From Roseateles sp. (lineage in GTDB: Bacteria > Pseudomonadota > Gammaproteobacteria > Burkholderiales > Burkholderiaceae_C): a stretch of DNA of 64,000 nt. The position numbers and the translations under genes are program-made. Location of the stretch: contig NZ_JBMLSK010000371.1 of the NCBI RefSeq assembly GCF_049240545.1, positions 21,608 through 85,607 of the forward strand, written 5' to 3'. The notes below the pieces were generated by a model. That model saw only the letters and a program-made list of their open reading frames with translations, ran no database searches and was not told the origin of the DNA. Shown here in pieces: positions 57,853 to 64,000 of the stretch; the first letter of the stretch is position 1, and every line of letters begins with the position of its first letter.

Positions 57853-58971
57853 TCAGGCCTTTCGAGTCACTTCACCGGCCTGGGTCACCAAGCAGGCTGC
57901 AACGATGTCGTCATCCATGGGCACTTGGAAAGTGCCCTCCTTGCTGATGACCAGTTTCAAAAAGTCGAGGATGTTGCGGGCATAAAGCGCCGAAGCATCG
58001 GCCGCCACCAGGGCCGGCAGATTGGTCTCGCCGACCAAGGTCACGCCATGCTTGACCACTGTGGTGCCGGCCTCGGTCAGCGGGCAGTTGCCGCCGTTCG
58101 GCGCGGCCAAGTCCACAATCACCGAGCCGGGCTTCATGCTCTTGACCATGTCTTCGCTGACCAGCACCGGCGCGGCGCGGCCGGGGATCAAGGCGGTGGT
58201 GATGACCACATCGGCCTGCGCCACACGCTTGGCCACTTCGACTTTTTGACGGTCCAGCCAGCTCTGCGGCATCGGCCGGGCATAACCGCCCACACCGACG
58301 GCGGCTTCTTTCTCCTCATCGGTCTCATAAGCCACATCGATGAACTTGGCGCCCAAGGATTCGACCTGTTCCTTGACCGAGGGCCGCACATCCGAGGCCT
58401 CGATCACCGCGCCGAGACGCTTGGCGGTTGCAATCGCCTGCAAGCCGGCCACGCCCACGCCCAAAATGACCACCCGCGCGGCCTTGACCGTGCCGGCCGC
58501 CGTCATCAGCATGGGGAAAAAGCGCTGGTATTTGTCAGCGGCAATCATCACCGCCTTGTAGCCGGCGATATTGGCCTGGCTGGACAAGACATCCATGCTC
58601 TGCGCCCGCGATGTACGCGGCGCTGCTTCCAGGGCAAAAGAGGTCAACCCTGCCGAAGCCATGGCTTGCAAGCCATCTCGGTCAAAGGGATTGAGCATGC
58701 CCACCAAGGCCGTGCCGGTTTTGATCAGGGCCAACTCTTCGGCGTTGGGGCTTTTGACCTTGAGCAGCAAGTCGGCCGCAAAGGCCTGGGCACGATCGAC
58801 AATCTCGGCGCCGACGGCGGTGTAAGCCTCGTCGGTCACGCTGGCGCCCAAACCGGCGCCGCGCTCGATGCGCAAGACATGACCCTGGGCCTTCAGCTTC
58901 TTGACCGTTTCCGGCGTGGCAGCCACGCGCGTCTCTCCGGCCGCACTTTCGCGCGGAACTCCTATCAGCAT
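57853..58971 (-). CDS. pntAA: NAD(P) transhydrogenase subunit alpha, part 1 (dI)
   Basis: [45 protein letters not shown]. Confidence 0.97.
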   Translation of the reverse strand: MLIGVPRESAAGETRVAATPETVKKLKAQGHVLRIERGAGLGASVTDEAYTAVGAEIVDRAQAFAADLLLKVKSPNAEELALIKTGTALVGMLNPFDRDGLQAMASAGLTSFALEAAPRTSRAQSMDVLSSQANIAGYKAVMIAADKYQRFFPMLMTAAGTVKAARVVILGVGVAGLQAIATAKRLGAVIEASDVRPSVKEQVESLGAKFIDVAYETDEEKEAAVGVGGYARPMPQSWLDRQKVEVAKRVAQADVVITTALIPGRAAPVLVSEDMVKSMKPGSVIVDLAAPNGGNCPLTEAGTTVVKHGVTLVGETNLPALVAADASALYARNILDFLKLVISKEGTFQVPMDDDIVAACLVTQAGEVTRKA

Positions 58972-59121
58972 GGACGTTTCCCTCCTGCGCAGCAATGGCG
59001 CCGAACTGTCTTGCAACAAAGGATCATCAAAAGGCGATGCCGCCCCGGATGCTTGCAACGAGCTTACACAATAGAGCCGCTATGTGACACCCGGGCATCC
59101 CTGGGGAACAAGGAGTCGTGA

Positions 59122-59625
59122 ATGTCAAACAACAGCGAACGCTGGAAGCCAGCGGTCACCGTCGCCGCGGTGATTGAAGACCGTGGGCGCTTTCTGTTAG
59201 TAGAAGAAGAAACCCCCGAGGGCCTGCAGCTGAACAACCCGGCAGGCCATCTGGACCCGGGGGAATCGCCCATGCAAGCGGTGGTGCGCGAAGCCTTGGA
59301 AGAGACCGCCCGACACTTCCTGCCCGAGGCTTTGCTGGGCATTTATATGGCCCGCTTCGTGCGCCCGGCACGATTAGAGGATGTCACCTATGTGCGTCTG
59401 GCCTTCACCGGAACGGTGGGTGAGGCCATTGCCGGCCAGGCCTTGGACCGCGGCATTGTGCGCACGGTGTGGATGACAGCCGAAGAATTGCGCGCCAGCG
59501 CCCCTCGGCATCGCAGCCCTTTGGTCTTGCGCTGTGTAGAAGACCATCTGAGCGGGCGCCGCCTGCCGCTGGAGGCGATTCAGGTCGATGCCTCGCTGTA
59601 TGCGCCCTTGATCAAGTCGAACTAG
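59122..59625 (+). CDS. nudJ: NUDIX hydrolase (NudJ-like)
   Basis: WKPAVTVAAV, PAGHLDPGE...REALEETA Nudix box, RHRSPLV; SD AAGGAG. Confidence 0.9.
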   Translation: MSNNSERWKPAVTVAAVIEDRGRFLLVEEETPEGLQLNNPAGHLDPGESPMQAVVREALEETARHFLPEALLGIYMARFVRPARLEDVTYVRLAFTGTVGEAIAGQALDRGIVRTVWMTAEELRASAPRHRSPLVLRCVEDHLSGRRLPLEAIQVDASLYAPLIKSN

Positions 59626-60532
59626 CGGCGGCCGGGCCTGCTTGCAAGCCCTCAAGTCGCTGGGCCAAGCCGGCATACATCTCATCAAAGAGCGCAAACT
59701 TGCGCTTCACCTCGGCGCGCTTCTTCGAGGCCACCTCGGCCAAATCAGGCGCCGGCACCTCGGCGCAGCGCAGCTCGAACTGGCGCGAATCGCCTTGGGT
59801 GGCCCCCAACTCGGTCCACATCGTGTCGTAGTCAGACGTGATCTTGCGGCGACGCCAAGGGTTCAGCGCGATGCGCTCGCGGTTGCTGATCAAGAGCAGC
59901 TTCTCGCAGCCCATCAAGAGCCCGATTTGACGCACCGCCTGCACCAAGACGGCCGAAGGCCGCGCACCGTAAAAGTCGCGCGTGGCCTTCTTCACCGCCT
60001 CGCGCGCACCGTCGGAATTGCCGCCTTGCAAACGGCCAATGGCCACACAAGGACGTCCCTGGCGCTGCAAAAACAAGAAGGAGGCGTTGAACACCATCTC
60101 GGTGCCCAGCATCAGGCGCAAACACAGCTCGCCTTCGCGGTGGCCTTCGTGCACGGCGGACAGCTCCAGCTGAAACTTCTCGCCCGATTTGCCCTCGAAC
60201 TCACACAGGGTCTGGTTCTGCAAAGCCGAGGCGGCCAAGAGATCGGACCAGCCATGATTGATCAAAAAGCTGTAATGCTCGATCAACAGATCCACCCGGC
60301 TGGCGCAGCCCAGCTGGGTCGAGAAATAGGGTCGGTAGATCTTGGTCAGCAGCTTGGGGTGCACGCTCAAGGCGCCGCCCAGCATTGGGTGTTGATCCAC
60401 AAAGGCCAGCCAGCGGCGGGTGGACTCCGGGTGCAGCAGCGCGCCGGCGTAGATCTTGGCCTTGTCCTTGAAGCCAATGCGCTCCCCCAGCGCGGAGATT
60501 CGCGAGGCTATCTTTAAGGGGCGCTGGGTCAT
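59612..60532 (-). CDS. VirK/YbjX (DUF535) family protein
   Basis: [10 protein letters not shown]-x-x-LLIEHY, [41 protein letters not shown]. Confidence 0.82.
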   Translation of the reverse strand: MTQRPLKIASRISALGERIGFKDKAKIYAGALLHPESTRRWLAFVDQHPMLGGALSVHPKLLTKIYRPYFSTQLGCASRVDLLIEHYSFLINHGWSDLLAASALQNQTLCEFEGKSGEKFQLELSAVHEGHREGELCLRLMLGTEMVFNASFLFLQRQGRPCVAIGRLQGGNSDGAREAVKKATRDFYGARPSAVLVQAVRQIGLLMGCEKLLLISNRERIALNPWRRRKITSDYDTMWTELGATQGDSRQFELRCAEVPAPDLAEVASKKRAEVKRKFALFDEMYAGLAQRLEGLQAGPAAASST

Positions 60533-60642
60533 GGGGCTGGGCTCGGTGGCTGGGCGCAAAAGACGCGCCTAAGGAAAGTGGCGCGATTGTAGAAGCAGGG
60601 GTCACGGCGCAAAGGCGCAGCCCATGCGGGACAATTCAGGCC

Positions 60643-61785
60643 ATGAACCACAAGCAACGCATCGTCGTCGGGCTCTCCGGCGGCGTGGACTCCGCCGTCA
60701 CCGCCTACCTCTTGAAAAAACAGGGCCATGAGGTGGTCGGCATTTTCATGAAGAACTGGGAAGACGACGACAGCGATGACGAGAACGGCAAGTACTGCTC
60801 GTCCAATATCGACTTCGTTGATGCGGCCGCCGTGGCCGATGTGATCGGGATCGAGATCGAGCATGTCAACTTCGCCGCCGACTACAAAGACCGGGTCTTT
60901 GCCGCATTTCTGAGCGAATACCAGGCCGGGCGCACCCCCAACCCCGACATCCTGTGCAATGCCGAGATCAAGTTCAAAGCTTTTCTCGACCATGCGATGC
61001 GCTTGGGCGCCGACAAGATCGCCACCGGCCACTATGCGCGCGTCCGCGAGTTCGAAGGTCAAACCCAGTTGTTGAAAGGCGTGGACAACAGCAAGGACCA
61101 AAGCTACTTCTTGCACCGCCTGAACCAGGCTCAGCTGGCCAAGACCTTGTTCCCGGTGGGCGAGCTGCACAAGACCGAGGTGCGCCGCATTGCCGAAGAA
61201 ATCGGTCTGCCGAATGCGAAGAAGAAAGACTCCACCGGCATTTGCTTCATCGGCGAGCGGCCATTCCGGGAGTTTTTGAACCGCTATCTGGCCCACAAGC
61301 CCGGCCCCATCAAAGACGAACGCGGCCGCAAGCTGGGCGAGCATCTGGGCCTGTCCTTCTACACCTTGGGCCAGCGTCAGGGCCTGGGCATTGGCGGGGT
61401 CAAAGAAAAAGGCGCGGCGCGCGGCGGCGGCGATCACTCGCCCTGGTTTGTGGCGCGCAAAGACATGGCGAACAACACGCTCTATGTGGTGCAAGGCCAT
61501 GAGCACCCCTGGCTGCTGAGCCAAAGCCTGATCGCCGATGACATCGCTTGGACCAGCGCGCCGCCCAAGTTCGGCGGTTTCGGCGCCAAGAGCCGCTATC
61601 GCCAAGCCGATGCGGCCTGCGCCTTCTCGCCCGACACCCCGGTGCCCGGGCAGTTCCGGCTTGACTTTGCCCAAGCGCAGTGGGCCGTCACGCCGGGCCA
61701 AAGCGCGGTGCTGTATGACGGCGAGGTTTGTTTGGGCGGCGGCGTGATCGCTCAGGCCATACCCTTAGACAAGGGGTCAGCATGA
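60643..61785 (+). CDS. mnmA: tRNA 2-thiouridine(34) synthase
   Basis: [53 protein letters not shown]. Confidence 0.98.
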   Translation: MNHKQRIVVGLSGGVDSAVTAYLLKKQGHEVVGIFMKNWEDDDSDDENGKYCSSNIDFVDAAAVADVIGIEIEHVNFAADYKDRVFAAFLSEYQAGRTPNPDILCNAEIKFKAFLDHAMRLGADKIATGHYARVREFEGQTQLLKGVDNSKDQSYFLHRLNQAQLAKTLFPVGELHKTEVRRIAEEIGLPNAKKKDSTGICFIGERPFREFLNRYLAHKPGPIKDERGRKLGEHLGLSFYTLGQRQGLGIGGVKEKGAARGGGDHSPWFVARKDMANNTLYVVQGHEHPWLLSQSLIADDIAWTSAPPKFGGFGAKSRYRQADAACAFSPDTPVPGQFRLDFAQAQWAVTPGQSAVLYDGEVCLGGGVIAQAIPLDKGSA

Positions 61786-61861
61786 CCAAGGGCACGGGTC
61801 AGCAGCCACGGGCTGTGGCACCCTTGCCGACCCTTTCAGCCTAGCCGCCCCGCTCCCTCTT

Positions 61862-63121
61862 TTGAACACGCTCGATCGCCAGCTTGACCGCATCGCCCAA
61901 CCCGGCGTGGTGCTGCGCATTGCCGTGTTGGCCGTCTGCCTGCTGGAGCTGACGGCCACGGTGGCCAGCCTGCTGGGCTATCGCAGCGATGCCTATGACG
62001 GTGCGGTGGCCGCGATCTATCTGCGCCTGGGCGGAGCCAGCAATGACCCGCAGCTGTTGATCGGCTGCTTCGCGCTGGTGCTCTTGTTCGCCTGGGCTTA
62101 CTGGCGGCTGGCTGTCATCGGCAGCGCCGATCAGCCGCCCCGCCATGCCTTGACGCGCCTCGTCTTGATTGATGTGCTGGCGATCTGCGTGACCCCGGGC
62201 CTTCCTTTCTTGGTCACCGCGCTGGCCGCCGTGGTCTTGCCCTCGCGCGCGGCCTTCCTCTTCGGACTGGCGCAGATCGGCGTCAGCCTACTCTTGAACG
62301 CCCTGTTGCCGCTGGCCGAGCCGGTGGCCGCCAGCGGACCCTCGGCGATTCCGGCCTGGCTGGATGGACTGGGCCTGGTGATGGCCATGGTGGCCCTGCA
62401 TGGCATGGCTTTTGGCCTGGGCCGCATGGCCGCCGCCGAGGCCGAGAAGCGCCGCTGGCTGCAGGTAATGCTGGCCGAACGCATGAGTGCCGAGCAATTG
62501 CAGGCCGAGCAGCTGCGCTACAGCGAACGCACCCTGATGGCGCGCGAGCTGCACGATGTGGTGGGCCACCATCTGACCGCGCTCAATCTGCAGCTGCAGC
62601 TGGGCGGCGCCCTTTTGCACCGAGGCAAGACCGAGGGCGCCGGCCAGGCGGTGGAAAAGGCGCGCGAGTGCGCAGCCCAGCTGCTGGCCGATGTGCGCGA
62701 AGCGGTGTCGCAACAACGTGGCTCCCAGCGCATTGACCTCAGCGCCGCGCTGCAAGCCCTGGCCGAAGGCATTGCGCTGATCCGCATCGAACTCGACATC
62801 GCCCCCGCCGCGCGCGACCTCAGCCCGCGCGTCGCTCATGCGCTCTTGCGCTGCGTGCAAGAGGCGGTCACCAATAGCGTGCGGCATGCGCAAGCGTCCC
62901 GGGTTCACATCGGCTTGAGCGTGCAAACGCGACCGGACGGCAACGCTGCCGAAGAGATCCGCGTCAGCATCGACGATGATGGCAAAGGCGCCCCCCGCCT
63001 GACCCCGGGCAATGGCTTGCAAGGCATGGCCGAACGGATGGCCGAGTTGGGCGGCAGCATGCAAGTGCTGCGCAACCAGCCCGGCTTCAAAATTGAACTG
63101 CGCTGCCCAAGGACTGTATGA
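61862..63121 (+). CDS. DesK/NarX-type (HisKA_3) sensor histidine kinase
   Basis: TM bundle, ERTLMARELHDVVGHHL, QEAVTNSVRHA, DDDGKG, GNGLQGMAER; TTG start uncertain. Confidence 0.9.
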   Translation: MNTLDRQLDRIAQPGVVLRIAVLAVCLLELTATVASLLGYRSDAYDGAVAAIYLRLGGASNDPQLLIGCFALVLLFAWAYWRLAVIGSADQPPRHALTRLVLIDVLAICVTPGLPFLVTALAAVVLPSRAAFLFGLAQIGVSLLLNALLPLAEPVAASGPSAIPAWLDGLGLVMAMVALHGMAFGLGRMAAAEAEKRRWLQVMLAERMSAEQLQAEQLRYSERTLMARELHDVVGHHLTALNLQLQLGGALLHRGKTEGAGQAVEKARECAAQLLADVREAVSQQRGSQRIDLSAALQALAEGIALIRIELDIAPAARDLSPRVAHALLRCVQEAVTNSVRHAQASRVHIGLSVQTRPDGNAAEEIRVSIDDDGKGAPRLTPGNGLQGMAERMAELGGSMQVLRNQPGFKIELRCPRTV

Positions 63122-63783
63122 AAACCACTGAAATCAAACTGCTGCTGGTGGAAGACCAGCAACTGGTGCGCGAAGCCTTGAAGGGCTTGCTGGCCCTCAG
63201 CGATGAAATCCGCATCGTCGGCGAGGCCTGCGACGGCGCCGAAGCCTTGGAGCAAATCACCTCCTTGGGCCTGGAGCAAATGCCCGATGTGATCCTCTCG
63301 GACATGCGCATGCCGCGGCTCGACGGCCTGGGCCTGATCCGCGCCCTGGCGGCGCGCGCGCTGAATGTGCCGGTGGTGCTGCTGACCACGTTTGACGACT
63401 CCAGCGCCTTTGACGAAGCGGTGCGCTCCGGTGCACGCGGCTTCTTGCTCAAGGCCATCAGCCCCGACACCTTGCTGCAAGCGCTGCGCGACGTGGCCGA
63501 TGGCGGCACCGCGCTGCGCCCCTCGCTGACCACCCGCATGGAGCGCCCGGTCAAAGAAGGCGAGCGCGCCTTTGTGGCGACCGAGCAGCCCGATCCGCTC
63601 TCGCCCAAAGAGCTGCAGGTCTTGCGCCTGGTGGCCAGCGGCCGCAGCAATACCGAGATTGCCGCCTTGCTGGGCAATAGCGAAGGCGTGATCAAGAACC
63701 ACTGCTCGGCCATCTTCTCCAAGATGGGCGTGCGCGACCGCACCCAGGCGGTGCTGCGCGCGATTGACCTCGGCTGGATTTGA
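63118..63783 (+). CDS. NarL/LuxR-family response regulator
   Basis: LVEDQ, LSDMRMP, GFLLK, LSPKELQVLRLVASGRSNTEIA...RDRTQA. Confidence 0.95.
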   Translation: MKTTEIKLLLVEDQQLVREALKGLLALSDEIRIVGEACDGAEALEQITSLGLEQMPDVILSDMRMPRLDGLGLIRALAARALNVPVVLLTTFDDSSAFDEAVRSGARGFLLKAISPDTLLQALRDVADGGTALRPSLTTRMERPVKEGERAFVATEQPDPLSPKELQVLRLVASGRSNTEIAALLGNSEGVIKNHCSAIFSKMGVRDRTQAVLRAIDLGWI

Positions 63784-63866
63784 AGGACGCAGGCTGTTCG
63801 CGCGGCGGCCGATTGACTTGCCGACCGCAAGCTACAAAACCTGAATATTTTCGGGCCTCAGGCGAT

Positions 63867-64000
63867 TCAACGCGGCGGCTGCCAAGCCTCTTCCGCCACT
63901 CGCCCCAGATTCATCACCCAATAGCGCTGAAAGCGCCCGGGGCCGAGCACACAGGCCATGCCCACCTCGGTGAACTCGACCTGCATCAAATTGTCGCAAT
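63867..64000 (-). CDS. CAP/SCP-domain protein, C-terminal fragment (5' end outside the window)
   Basis: Translated by hand on the minus strand: CDNLMQVEFTEVGMACV...RYWVMNLGR-stop, matching the CAP C-terminal pattern HC-x-N-L-M...E-V-G...Y-W. Confidence 0.75.
   Translation of the reverse strand, partial: CDNLMQVEFTEVGMACVLGPGRFQRYWVMNLGRVAEEAWQPPR

Noticed and set aside
57531-58971. pntA split in two as a possible pseudogene
   Set aside because: Division into soluble dI and membrane parts is a known natural architecture (as in Rhodospirillum rubrum); both parts are intact with their own starts.

Overview
Chromosomal window from a high-GC betaproteobacterium. The gene set (purB, pyrF, glcB, argS-SPOR-dsbA-lptA-lptB-rpoN, split pntA/pntB, mnmA) and the PEP-CTERM proteins suggest Burkholderiales of the Roseateles/Paucibacter/Rubrivivax type; this is inference. 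About 49 CDS are supported, two of them cut by the window edges (a GST on the left, a CAP-domain protein on the right). I found no rRNA, tRNA, CRISPR array, integrase or transposase. Housekeeping genes alternate with many signalling genes: three two-component pairs, a multi-PAS hybrid kinase, a CheB/CheR fusion next to a PAS-GGDEF-EAL gene, and a Ser/Thr kinase with a cNMP domain. The most unusual parts are: (1) a four-gene PEP-CTERM surface-protein cassette (16.2-21.4 kb) divergent from a membrane-anchored wHTH-TPR regulator, whose cargo includes an Hcp (T6SS tube)-like domain with a Sec signal peptide and PEP-CTERM anchor, a metzincin-like domain with all Zn/catalytic residues replaced, and a propeller plus beta-helix protein; (2) a highly structured, possibly switchable ~160-nt leader in front of an ankyrin-repeat gene with a small N-terminal helical domain; (3) a GC step inside glcB next to tandem TonB-dependent receptors, suggesting a recombination-swapped segment; (4) a multi-hairpin REP-like element directly upstream of rpoN. 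All family assignments come from motif recognition by eye; no searches were run.
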